DNA of 64,000 nt. Origin: Chlorokybus atmophyticus (taxonomy: Eukaryota > Plantae > Mesostigma and Chlorokybus algae). The DNA lies in assembly GCA_009103225.1 (NCBI GenBank), contig RHPI01001737.1, forward strand, positions 62,001 through 126,000. Reading direction: 5' to 3'. Below are positions 13,535 to 26,248 of this stretch, in pieces. Each line of letters starts with the position of its first letter. Position 1 is the first letter of the stretch. The position numbers and the translations under genes were made by a program. Below the pieces are notes generated by a model. It saw only the letters and a list, made by a program, of their open reading frames with translations, was not told where the DNA came from and searched no databases.

Positions 13535-16500
13535 TTACATAAAGTATGACAAATCGGTGCGCTGTTGCGCTGTGCCATCACCAAAACGCGCATTCCAACG
13601 CCTCAACTCTTGCATGGCATGGCTATCATCGCTGATTGTTGGCAGAACCTGCCCAAAGGCAATTGTCAGTACCTTTGCAACTAAACATCCAACAGTGAAA
13701 GTGATAGCTTACTGTGCTTGTTGTCCTCTGACTGAGCAGTTCGTCAACATACGCACAGCAGCTTACCTCTTGCAATGCTTCAGTAAAGTCGTCATTGGTC
13801 ATAGGACGCAGGCTCAACTTCCTTCTGCGCACGTCGAGCTGCGTGAACAACTGCTTGCCTTTCAGCACGCGAGGTTGCAATTGCCTCTCCGCCTTCGACG
13901 TGGCCACGTGCTCCCGCAACGGCCGCAAGGCGGCCGCGTAGCAGAGGTTCTTGAGATCGCTGCCGCTGTAGTGGTCAGTTCTAGCCACAATGGTGTCGAG
14001 GTCAAAGTCCTTTGCAAGAGTTTCTTCCGCCAACAACACCTGCAGCACAATTGCATGATGAGACTGATAACACACAGGAGTAGTGCAAGTTACAAGTTAG
14101 TCTGATCTGTGTATGCGCTGCAATCGCTGCACTACCCAAAACCAATCAATAACATGTCCCACCTTCAAAATTTCTGTCCTGCCTGCTTTGTCAGGTAGCT
14201 CGCAAAAGACACGCCTGGAGAAGCGCCTCAGAACAGCATCGTCGAGGTCGTAAGGGCGATTCGTCGCGCCGAGCACTATGACTCGTTCAAGTGCTTGGCC
14301 CGAGCGGATGCCATCCCACTGAGACATGAACTCGTTCTTGATCTCGCGCAAGGCTTCGTGCTCGCTATGAGAGTCACGGCGACCAAGGAGTGCGTCCACC
14401 TGAGTTCAATTGTGCATTTCAAACAAAGTTCAGACTATGACCAGGCCTTGTAAAATATAACAACGCGTAGTAACAGTTGCATGTATCCAAGCCGTCCAGC
14501 TGTCACATGGAAGTGGGTTGCCATGTTACCTCATCCACAAAGATGACAGTGGGTGCCAACTTGGAGGCGAGCGAGAAAGCAGATCGCACGTATCGCACAC
14601 CATCTCCTAGCCATTTGGACGCGATCGTGGACATCTGCAGGGTGATGAAGCTGGCGCCACACTCGGCTGCCACGGCTCTAGCCAGCAGTGTCTTGCCAGT
14701 GCCGGGAGGGCCAAAGAGCAAAACGCCCTGTCATTGCACAGTTGGCATGTCAATCACTTACAATGTTCAATGCGCTAGTTCAGATCGATCGCCGTTCATT
14801 ACTTACTTTGGAAGACCGTGCAAGGGTGCCCTTGGCAAAAAGCTCTGGGTGTTCAAGTGGCAGCTGCACTGCCTCTTGCAGGACCTGCTTGGCCTTGGAC
14901 AGCGCACCCACCTACACGAACACCAAGTCAACAATGACGCCACAGCAACCACAATCACACTAGAGGACTGTTGTAACAATGGGGATGAGTCCACGTAATC
15001 TGGCATCACCCTACCTCACAGAAGCCAGCTCCTGCATCTTCTGGATGGAGGACTTCGTTCAACAACTGTCGCTCGTAAGGGTTATCCGTCTGAATGGTAG
15101 GCCGCAATCGGGAGCTCGCCTTGCGAAGCATGTCCAGACCGTAGAGCAGATCCTCCTCGGTCAACTGCAACTCTCCTCCTAACGACACCGTGCTCATGTG
15201 CGGTGCGATGCTAGCCGTGACGGGTGCGGGAGCGAGCAGGCCGACCTTTGAGAAACTGACTGGGGGGGAGGGAGTGCTGATATACTGAATGGTGTGAGCC
15301 GTGGGCGGGTACTCCGGACTACTACGCGGGATGGGCGGGAGGCTTGGGACGGCCGGCCAGCCAATGGACTGCAGCGAGTTGCGGCGCGGTCGTTCCGATA
15401 AGCTACGGTGCAGACGCAGACTGATCGCCCACGCGAGCGCTTTGGTCCAGTCCTCGCATGACAGCTGGCAGTCCTGCGCGTCAAAGAGGTCCGCGCTGAA
15501 GGGAGGGAGCTTGACGTGGCGAGCCACGGCCAAGTTCTGCAGCTGCGACCAGCAGCGCTCTGCGCGCACGAGCGCCGCGTCCTGTTGCATCCGCTGCTTC
15601 CACTCTGCTTGAGCGAGACCTTCGCGAGGAGGATCCAGCTGGACCCGTGTGGTGAATAGCTCAGCGAGCATGGCTCGTGGGTTTTCTAACGATGACTTCT
15701 CTATGGTGACAGCTACATCGGGGGAGGAAGGTGAGAGGGCGACACCATCGCTGTCTGCTGACAGCGCTGCAGCCGGTCCCTCTGCAGGTTCTAACATGGT
15801 ACTGCTGCGCTGCTTTGTGCCCTGACAAACACAGCGAAAACTTGAAACCAAGAACTTGAAGTCTTACACTGAGTCCGGCCTGCATGCACACGCACATCGC
15901 ATACATGCAGTGGCTGATTTGAACGGTAACATACCACGAGCTCAGCGCCAGTGTCGCCCAGTGAAGATGCGCCAATCAGTACCATTGGTGGTGGCTCTTG
16001 ATCAGCGCCATAGCCCTGAACAGCAAGTTCGTATGAGGGATACAAGCAAAGTGAGAAGGCTGCAGTCCTACGTGAGCAGTTGCAACAAAGCCCTACCAGC
16101 GCCATTGAAGGGTTCGTATGAACCTCGCCAAAAGCAGAAACAAACCCAGCAAAGCGTTCTGGGCTGCAGCAAAGCGTGTTCTCTACATCTCTGAAGAACA
16201 GCACGACTGCGCCAGGCAACTCTGTGCAAAATGCTCGGACAATGTCCATGACAAACGCCTGTGATAGGACAGCAACCACACATCAGTGACACACGCTGCA
16301 AACCACGCAGCACGCAAAATAAAAAAAACAGCGACTGTTTACCTGCAGACCGCCATACAGAAAAAAGGACAGGACATATGACACAAGGCCATTGTTGCGA
16401 AATGCCTCGATGTCCTCAACATTCGACTGGAGCCCAAACCCAGCTCCTTCCAGAGCAGTTGCGGCGACTCGGCCCAAAGTCCGGCTGTCCACAATCACCA

Positions 16501-17667
16501 AGGTGGCATTGACATGATTGGCCAATGCTGTAGCAACAGCTTCCTGTGGAAAGAAACCTTGAGTTTAACACAACTGAAGCATCTATGACCAATGGTTGTA
16601 TAAGTCAATGCTTTGAAACACGTCTCTCACCTGGACACTGTTGTTGCTGTTGCTATCGGGAGCGCAAAGTAGGATGCGACCAAGGGCTGGCAGCTCGGCT
16701 GTGTACAAGTCATGCGTCTCTAGTCGCCAGTCGAGGGCGTGCTGTGCAGCGTGTAACAAAACTTCCTGGACTTTGGGCGAGACACAGTATGGTATGTTGT
16801 CAAAAGTTGCCTTATTCTTGGCCGGTGGCACAGTCTGGCGGCGCAAAACCACTCTGCATTGCGGTGCCAAAATGTACACGCACATGGCGCGGAGGAAAGG
16901 CACGGCCAGGACTGCATCAGGTAACAACTGCACATACACATTTAGATCAGCTGTTTGCACGAACGCATAGACTGCAAAATTGCATGCTAAAGTGTGATAG
17001 TCGAAGAGACTCTAAGTATACACTCGTTGGTACTTTGCATCAGCATGTGCACAAGCGCGTGAGCTATACACACGACAGCAGCAGAGCACTGCACTGTAGT
17101 TGGTCGTCTCGATGACATGACAATGCACACAAGCAGCCATCAACAAACGACGTCCATCCTGGCACTGTCTGACAGCTTGGTTGGACTGTGCAAAGCCCTG
17201 AGTACAGCAGTGCTACTGGGGGTTAGGTTGCTGCTCAACACCAGAGACAACCGTTGGGGCACTACGTCCATGTCCAATGACCAATAACGACAAACACACT
17301 AGGAGGTGAGACCTGACAATGCAATCAAAGCCTACAGCGCAATTGCCTCAACTGGCGAGGTGTTGGCTTTGGCTGCGACAGCGACGCAAGCCCTAACACA
17401 CGCACTTTGGGACATGACATGCGCTTTGGGATTGTTGCCACATAGGACATCACTGCAACAACCCATCACTGACTGCGAGCGTAGCAATTATACCACCGCA
17501 AGCTGTTTTACAAAGTTTTTACAAGCTCAGCGGCTTTTAACATGGCAGCAAGCAGGCTGAGCTTCACGCACAACGATTACGTAGTTGAGCTACTGTACCT
17601 GCAGGAGGCGGCGGAGAGGTCCGGCGGCGACGCCGCGCAGCTTCTCCATGGACCCAAACGACGCCAT
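13535..17667 (-). CDS. MSP1/ATAD1-like AAA+ ATPase (plant long type, with a degenerate N-terminal AAA-like region); multi-exon
   Basis: Walker A LFGPPGTGKT, Walker B VIFVDEV, SRH VLGATNRPYDLDDAVLRRF, YSGSDLKNLC; C-terminus QELRRWNARFGDG...LSYFM* (stop 13535-13537). Probable start MASFGSMEKLRGVAAG (ATG 17665-17667) followed by a GT donor; the start is less certain. Confidence 0.85.
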
Positions 17668-18208
17668 GGCAACTACATACCTACCTACCAAGCCAGCCAG
17701 AGACCTACCAAAACAGCCTCCTCCAGCTCCTTGCCAAAACGACAACCCCTTCCTAGCCTAACGGTGCCATCCAACAAGCAATTGCCCAGCTCCAAAGGCC
17801 GTCGACCTGGGCCCCAAGGCCAACGCCTCCACCGCCGCCGCCGCCGCCGCCGCCTACGCCTCGCACCGCCTTCTCCTTGCTTTGCTGCGTGGATTGCAGG
17901 GCGACGTGTATATCGCCGCGAGCTGCTTGCACCGCAGCGTGAAACGCAGATATCGAGTTCGGTTTGCGCTAGGATTTTGCAGTGGACAACGCAATGAAAT
18001 ATGTGTGCGTGCTGATGTGGGCAGTGTGCCCGTTGCTGGTTGTTTGCGACTGCGCTTTTCATCCGCGCAGGGATGGGGCTTGCTTGGCACACGTGGCTGC
18101 ACTGTGTCAGTGATGAAATGAATTACGATGCACAGGCGTGCTCAGCTTTCTCTCCAATAGGCGCGGCCGCAGACCACGCCATGCATGCATCATGAGGTGC
18201 GGGAAAAG

Positions 18209-18238
18209 AATTGATGTGACATGGTTGTCACATCAATT
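18209..18238. repeat. Perfect inverted repeat (13-bp arms, 4-nt loop) upstream of the AAA ATPase
   Basis: aattgatgtgaca-tggt-tgtcacatcaatt. Confidence 0.9.
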
Positions 18239-18312
18239 GTCGAGTTACTCATCATGGATACTGCACGCTTTTCATACATATCATTGATAGCTTTTACACA
18301 CATGTATACGTT

Positions 18313-18317
<5 letters not shown>

Positions 18318-18371
<54 letters not shown>
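18318..18371. repeat. (AG)n microsatellite, about 27 units
   Basis: Uninterrupted agagag run. Confidence 0.98.
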
Positions 18372-18373
<2 letters not shown>

Positions 18374-19301
18374 TTGGCATATGATCGGTGTTTGAAGTAG
18401 CATTTACGCTGCTATACCATAATAAAGCTCGCCATGTTAAATGAATATAACAATGATCCCGTTTACAAACTCAAATACAACATGCTCATAAATTGTCTGC
18501 AATAAAACGAATTGTGTGGTTGTGAACATCAATGACAAAACGGATGTAAGAGTTGCGCGAATGCTCAGAGATATATATGTACAAGCAACAAGGCACCACA
18601 ATCCAATTATGGGGGGCATTAAAGCAAAGCTTACTTGTAACGCTAGACATTAAGACACTTGCTTAGAGCCTAAACGTATATCGCAAGCAGCACCATGTAA
18701 GGGCAAGCACGGGCAAGGAAGCCATGACTATAAAATAAGCGGCATCTTACACAAGCTCACGACCTACAGAGCGCAAGAAGAGGACATGGAGAGAGATGGC
18801 AAAGGTTAAGCTCGATCTTCAACATTAGCTTCACGACATGAACGTAAAAGCCCGACAGATGGATGCATAGACCATCACACGTGTAATCAATAGATATAAC
18901 CTGTATTTACGAATAAGTATCCAATCATTTATCAATATGTGTATACATATACAGGTAACTTACTGATGTGTAAGTAACTTACGTAAGTAACTTACATGAC
19001 AGTTAGTGCGCAAAAACGTATAGAAACGCAAAGACCCGCAAAATGACTGCTTGACCAGGCTGCCATAACACTAGGCACGAGTGGCAACTCGCCTCAAGAC
19101 ACATCTCAACGTCGCGCTTGAGTCGGCACATGAATTGTATGTGCTGCAGTTATCAAAGAAGAACATCAGAACATGGAGATCTGTGACAGCCGTCATGCCG
19201 ACGTGTGGCATGAGCAAGCCAACTAGCAGCAACTTGCCACGACCGGCACAAAGGGATGGCATTCTACAGTACACCTATGTACACACTGCAACACAAAAAG
19301 G

Positions 19302-22300
19302 TCATGTCTTTGGCCGCTTGCTGCCAGCGTCCTCACTTGAGGTCGCAAGCCTTGACCGTTTTGGAGCTGCAGCGCGACTGGCATTTATCGCCTGAATGTC
19401 TTCTATGTCATCTTCAGCACTATCATCATCTTGGCTATCACCGTCCGTCTGCAATGCACAGATAAACATTAGCAGTGCATGCAAGACAAAGCTACGTATG
19501 CGCAGCAATAATGCATAACATGGGAGCCGCATGTGCTCGTTTCCAAACATCTTGCACACACAAGACGGCTACTCACAGGCCCGTCACTTACGTTGTCACT
19601 AGCTGACTTGAGTGCGTTAAACTTGAACAGCAACTCTGGTTTTGCATTGGACTTGGCTGGCGCTTTCGCCATCGTGGGCAACTGTTCTTCCGTGGCCAAC
19701 GTAGCAGCAGCTGACCCTCCCGCCTCATCGCTTTCTGGCAGCTCGGGCTCATGGAAGTCTTCGGTGCCAAGAGGCTCTGCTAATTCTTGATCATCATCAT
19801 CATCCGCACCGGATGCGCTTGGGGTCGGTGCGGTTGAATCTGGTGGTGATGCATGCGGTTGCGGCGGTTCTGGCGTGGCACTCAGTGTTGCGCTTGGCAA
19901 TTGGCTTGGAGGCTGTCGCGTTGGAACAGACTTGGGCGCTTTGGGAACAGCTTGCTTGGTTGGCTGGTGCACGGGTGCGGGCTCTGGCTGCTCCTCCTCT
20001 TCAGCATCAATGTCATCCGCAGCAACATCCTCATCACCAAAGGTGGTGTCCGTCTCAGCGAATGAAAGCTTCTTCTTTTGCTTCCGACTTGAGCCTTCGC
20101 CATCCACCCTCACTGTTGAAAATAGAGTCGTTGTCAACGCCACAGCCGTCATTGCCAATGGCATGAGAAGCACAATAGCCCTATGCATGTGGCTCTCAAG
20201 TGAGATTTCTGCACACTGCCTCCCAGCTCACCTTTGTCCCTCCTGTCTTGTAGTTGCGATATGTATGCGAACAACGGCTTCCAGTCATCATCTCCCTCGC
20301 GTGCGCGCAGCTGCATTGCCTTCTCTTGGACTTCACTAACGCTGTCAACCATTGCAGCATTGTCAAAAAACTGCTAGTTACATTAAACATCTGGTCATTG
20401 CTAAAGCATATGTGAGGACTTACATAGCAGCGACATCATTGATGGACAGCTTGGCAGTGAACGGTGTCAAGCCACTTTGAATGAAGGAAAGCCGCTTGGG
20501 CGCATCTGCAAAGGCATACTCCAAGCCTCCACGAACAATTTTGGCAACAGTAGTCCTCATGCTGAGGCCGCCGAAGGTGGTGTAGATGGCGGCAACCCTG
20601 ATGGCGAGATTATGGAACACTTGCAGGCTGTCATCGGGGTCCGGCTCATCTTCATTATCGGCTGCTTTGAGATGTCGCTCATACGCCTGCAATAGGGAAG
20701 GTGACGTAAGCTTGAGTCGCATATAGCTGGCATGCAGTTTGGCAGGCACCTACCCGCTTGAGTGCATCAAGGAAAAGCCTCCACTGATTGTGTGATTGAG
20801 ACTTCTTGATCTTTGCGCACAGCACTTTCACGACTTCAGCCACACCCTTCCCATGCTGTGTGAAGTGGGACACAATCTCCGGCCCAAGCCAGTCCTGCAG
20901 GCAAAGAGTTGTTGCTTGCAATCTGCCACACCCCTATACGCAACATCAGCAGCATCATGTGCAACCAACGCATGAATCTCTGCAAACAACAGGATACGTA
21001 AGACAGAAGACGACAAACCTGAGACAAGCATCCGTATGCAACAAGCTTTACAGCTGGCAGCAGAGTATTGATTTGTTGCAGAGCAACCTCATCTTCCAGG
21101 TCCGGGTTTTCCTCATCAGTTTCACGGTTTGCACCTGCACCGACCAACAGGACTGAGTGTCAACCTCACTGACTGTGTCACAACATCACGCCACAAGTAC
21201 TCACCAGCAGCCGCCAGTCTCCGCTCTGCGAGCTCCCAGAACAGTTCAAGGTTTTTGCTTGATGGCTGCAGCCCGACCTGAGCAAGAGGCGTGCCCTCAT
21301 ACTTGTTCTTGCTGAAAATGAGCATGAGGTCTGCCAGCACATTATACACCTGCAAGGGCAGTCCAAGGCAACGTTTGCCAGAGCAGCCCAATTTCAAGAT
21401 GCAGTTAAGCCCTGCGCCTTTGAATGACCAATAACCATGTCTGCGTAATGACTTACAGTGCTGGCAAGCTCCGAGACAGCAGCCTGCTCGGTATCAAACT
21501 CTGAAAGCAAGCCAAACAAGTAGTTCCAAAACTCCTGACGCTTGGACACCAGGTCGTTTATGCTCTTTGTGCTGGGGTTGCTGGCGTCAATGTTGGTGAA
21601 CTCCCAAGTCAGTGCAAAGAAGAGGTTGAGTATGGCGAAGCACTGCACCTGCAAGTGACCTTCAGATAATTCTCCAGTGCTGATGACAGAAGAGACACAC
21701 ACACACACACGCACACACACACACAACAAGAAGACGCTAACTACTTGCCTCGGGTTGAAGCTGTGCATCCTTGTCGTAAAGGACAGCAGAGACCATTTCA
21801 TAGAGACCAGGCTGGTCAAAGCTGCAAGCTTGCTGAAGCTGATGAGCTCGTTTAAGGCTCATCTGCAATTCATATGGATCTGTCGAACCTATAGCTCCCT
21901 GCGACAAAATGCATCAGCGTTGTAAGAACGCTACACAAAATTAGGCACGTCACAAGGCACGTCACAGCCACATGCATTGCACAGTTGGTTACCTGCAACC
22001 TCTCCATGACTTTGCCGCGGCATTTGCGCAATGCGTCCGAAGCAGGCTCGCGAAGCGCGCCATCCCCTTCATAAGCGCAACACCGTAGGGTATGAATGCA
22101 AGCTTGCAGCGCGTCATCTTCGTTCTGCTTGAAGAAGACATCCACAATCTGCTGCAGAAGAGACTCGTACACCTGCCCAAAACAAAAACCAAGAGTATTA
22201 CCCCAGCAGTATTCTCCATGAAGAGCAGCTTCAAGACACAAGCAAGCTGAAGCTGTTGACCTTTTCTTGACGCTTGCTGGTGAACTGTGATAAGTCCATG

Positions 22301-25300
22301 TATTTGACAATCTCCACAAGTGATGGAACCTTGGCTTTATCAACCTGATACTTTGACAGGAGCTCAGGAAGTGCCTTGCTCAGGACAGTTGTCAGCTGCT
22401 GTTTATGCGCAGCCAAAGCATCCTGCGTGAGCACCACAGCATGGCAAGCATGTTAACACCACCAACACTACAGCAGTAAAACAGCAACCAACCACAGACC
22501 TTTTTAGCTTTGGACATGCCGGCCTTGTTGTGGCGAGCCGTATCTGCTGTAGGCACAATGTCTTCCAGACAGGCTTTCTTGACAGTTGCTGCCAGCATCC
22601 ACGTCAGATTTGTGGCATCTACTTCGGAGAGCTCCTTGCCAGTGTTCTCCGTCAGCAGCAATTGTGTCATGCTTTTCCAATCCTGCAGACAGACAGGTCA
22701 GCTATCAACACATATGCGCTTGTGCGCAAACTTATGTGCACACGCAGAAGAACGCACACGTGCACATATGTACGCACGCACATGCACACCCGCACGATAA
22801 CACACCATCATCAATGTTGCCAACACGACCTGAAGCACGGGTGCATTCTCCCAGAGTGCGTCAATCACGTAATGACACAGTACAGGACTGTCGCGGTAGT
22901 CAGCAAGAATCTGCAAGAGAGCAAGCAGCTGCTCCTCTGACTGATCCTTCTTCTTTCCTGCAAGAAAACACAATAAGCAGTGGCACACCTACTGCCATGC
23001 CCGCGCAGCATGTGCAAAGACACTGGTTGCATTATAGTGATCAGCAACAAGTAAGGTGAGTGTTTGACAAGCAGGTACCCTTCTTGGCTGATCCTGGTGT
23101 TGGCTCCTCCAAGCCTGATCCAAAAAGGTGATCATACACCAGCGCCCCAATCGCCTGTCGCACTTGCGGTGTATCATCCACCAGAAGCTCGTACAGGGAA
23201 CCAAGATCATCACCATCCAGAAGCTCTTGGCTGTGGCAGAGACGCATTAATGCAACTGCTGATACCATTGAACAATATAGAGCGCCAACAATGGAGCTTG
23301 CAATGCCATGCTGCACCTCATCAGCTGTCGCAGCAAGTCAATGGCGGCAACAGCTACTTCCACATCTGCATCATTTGCCAGCTCAAGCATGCGCTTGGCA
23401 AATCTGCTGGTAAAGAGATCCATTTGCGCCAAATGCTCCTCATTGGCATACAAATTGCACAATACCCTCACAGAAGTAAGCCGCACGCTTGCAGTCTGCA
23501 CATGCGCAATTTAGCCAATGACCTTAGCAGCCAATGCTGATGTAGGCAACCTACATATATAGCGATGCGGGTACCTTGTCATTGAGAGTCCAGCCAACAT
23601 ACTTGAGATACGTATCCTTCCAGAAGTATGAAGGGTAAGTGACGATCCAGTCACCGACAGCTTTGATGCAGTCAGCACGAATGCTGGCATCCACATCGCG
23701 ATAGCGTCGCACAAAGAGCCTGCCACAGAGCAGTAAGTGCGACGTGTCGGGTACAGTGGCAGTTATACACAACACGCACCCCGTAAAAAGCCCCTCCATC
23801 ATCTGCTCGATGGTAGATATCTGCTTGTGAGCTTCTTCCAGCGCCTTCTGCAAGTCGGTGGCTCTGGCGCTGTCCTTGCCACTTCGCTTCTTCTTCAGTT
23901 CAGCTGTCAGCTGCCGCTGCGTTGTCTCGCGTGTCTCAGACAACGACTTTGCCACATGAACAAACGATGACACAAGCTGAAGTCCCGCAATTGTGGAGAC
24001 GCTCCGGAACGGACGTGGAGCAGTCCTGCGGGCAATGTGTGTCACACACACTCACATATACAGGAATACATGCGGACTGTTTATGTCATACCCAGCAAGC
24101 GCAATGATGTAGTTGATGCAGGTTGGGAATAAGAACTCATCAAAGATAATGGAGCTTCTGCACTCCGACACCAACTCATCCCAGAAGTTTGCAAAGTTCT
24201 TCTTGAAATGCTTCAACTTCTTATCCTTTGAATGCAGCAAGTCCTCCTGCTGATCCTGCTGCTAGGTACCTCATACAACATGAGTTCAACCTCCATTTTC
24301 TCTTGCCTGCCATCTGCAAAGCACCTTACCCCGCCGCTGACTGACTTCAATGCGCGCTCAACAACAAAGTCCACATCACCATCCTCAACAGCCTCCTTGT
24401 CGACAGCAATCTTGGAACCGCACGCCTGTTGACGACAAGCATGACCGCAAGCAACTCTGTGTATTGTTGTCAAAATGCAGAGGTGCAAGCCTGCAGCCAT
24501 TGGCAGTGTGTCACAAACCTGGATGAGAAAGGTCAGCAACTCTGACATGGCAGCTGTACGCTCGCCTTCATACTTCTGCACCCAATCTTCCACAGCAGTG
24601 GGAATGTCTTGCTCGCTGAACTTCACCACATCTGGCAAGCATCACAAACAACTTAAGCAATGTCTGCAGCTTCACCACCACACCACCATGACGAGATAGC
24701 TAGTTCTGTACTCTGCCAACCAAGGTGAGGTACCTAGCAGTGTGTCGAGTTGAGACTCTGCTGGATTATCTTCATTGTTATCTGCTCCTGGTTCATCCTT
24801 GTCGCTGGCCTCAGCATCCTCATCGGCTGTGGGTGTCACCTTGGCTGCTTTCTGCACAAGGTGAGCATGTGGGCACGTGTAACGCCTGTATATAGAGTTC
24901 AGAATCTGGCTAGGTGGACGGTGCAGGTACGCACCGCTTTGCGCTTGGGTTCTGCCTCGCCGCTCTTCCGCTTTCTCCTTGAAGGTGCAGCATCATCACC
25001 ACCCTTTCCTCTTTTGGCGTCCCCTTTGGTAGTGTTTGCAGCAGCGACTTCGTCAACTTCAGAGTCATCATCGTTGTTACTGCAGCAGGCAATAGCCAAC
25101 AGGTTGGGATTCAACAGCAGCGTACGCTCAACATGAACATGATGTACAACTAAGCATGATATTGGAGCTAGGTGAATGCAGTAAGCAGGGCAATACACAG
25201 CAAGCATGCTCGCTAATGACAAGCATGCCATGAACTCCACACTGTCCGTTAATCCAATTCTAGCTACACACAGTCAAGCGCCTGCGTAACAGCAGTGCAA

Positions 25301-25842
25301 GATTGAAGCTGGCTTTTGAAAGCCTGCTCCAATCTCGCACGGTTGGGGGATATGTGGGTGCCTGAATGTACATACCCCGCATAGCATGCTTCCTAGCTGG
25401 CTTCACCCATGCAATAGCACAGTCAGGATTCTATGCAATAAGCAATTACAGCCGAGGAGCATGTTGCACGCACTGGTCTAGAGGACCAGTTTTATCCGCT
25501 GCACACGCAACCGCACAGCACATAGCTCCAAGTCCACGCATGCCAGTTAAGCTTACTCATGGAGGCAGCACACACAGGAGCATGCATGAAGTACGTTGTT
25601 TTGACTAGCGAGCGATTAGTCAAAGCAGCAACCGCCCTGTTCATTTCAGCTTATACGGAACAATTGCGTTTGTCGCAACCTACTGTCGTAACAGATTTGC
25701 TTGTATATTCTACCTGATAAAACAGACTCCTTCTCATGATTCAATTCAAACCAACACCTCTGTAACAAACATTAACATGCCACGGCTTTGACACGACTGA
25801 CTTGTAATTGACCGCAGTCCTCTGCCGCAGCTGCACCACCAT
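19302..25842 (-). CDS. SCC3: Cohesin subunit SCC3/STAG; multi-exon
   Basis: FVRRYRDVDASIRADCIKAVGDWIVTYPSYFWKDTYLKYVGWTLNDK (SCD domain); LLHSKDKKLKHFKKNFANFWDELV; acidic/Pro-rich C-terminal tail ending KRPKT*. Exon 1 MVVQLRQRTAVNY (ATG 25840-25842) splices in frame to NNDDDSEVDE. Confidence 0.93.
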
Positions 25843-26248
25843 GGCGACCGATCATGCACTTCCCCTCACGACAATAAACGACCAAGCCCACTCCCAACAC
25901 GCACGACGTCCCCAACCCGGCGGACACCCGCTCCGACGCCCACAACCAGCCCGCCACCGCCTCCTGGCAGTGCACCAGCCTGACACGACCGTAGCTTTGC
26001 TTCAAACAAAAGAGCGCCAAATCGTGCCACACAGCAGCCAGTGATCTGTAGCGGGCTACCAGTAGCCAGGAGTCTGTAGCCAGGAGTCTACCGCACCGGT
26101 AGTAGCTCAGCAAGTAACATTAACCCTACCCTACCCTACGGTCAGTTTTGTGCCAGTACTGTGCCAGTAGGTCCTAGCTTACGCCACCAATGGCTAGAGC
26201 TACGCAGAGGTACCAGTAGCCTATCCGGCCGAGGTGGGTAGCTTCGCC
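25843..26248. promoter_or_regulatory. Probable bidirectional promoter/5' UTRs shared by SCC3 and menB
   Basis: About 400 bp separate the divergent ATGs. Contains a tandem gtagccaggagtct x2, tgtgccagta x2, several ccagta(g/c) motifs and a telo-box-like taaccctaccctaccctac. Confidence 0.6.

Noticed and set aside
25271-25282. 12-bp match (cagtcaagcgcc) to the pogo TIR in SCC3 intron 1
   Set aside because: No TA target, no extension and no partner TIR; chance or an unrecognisable relic.
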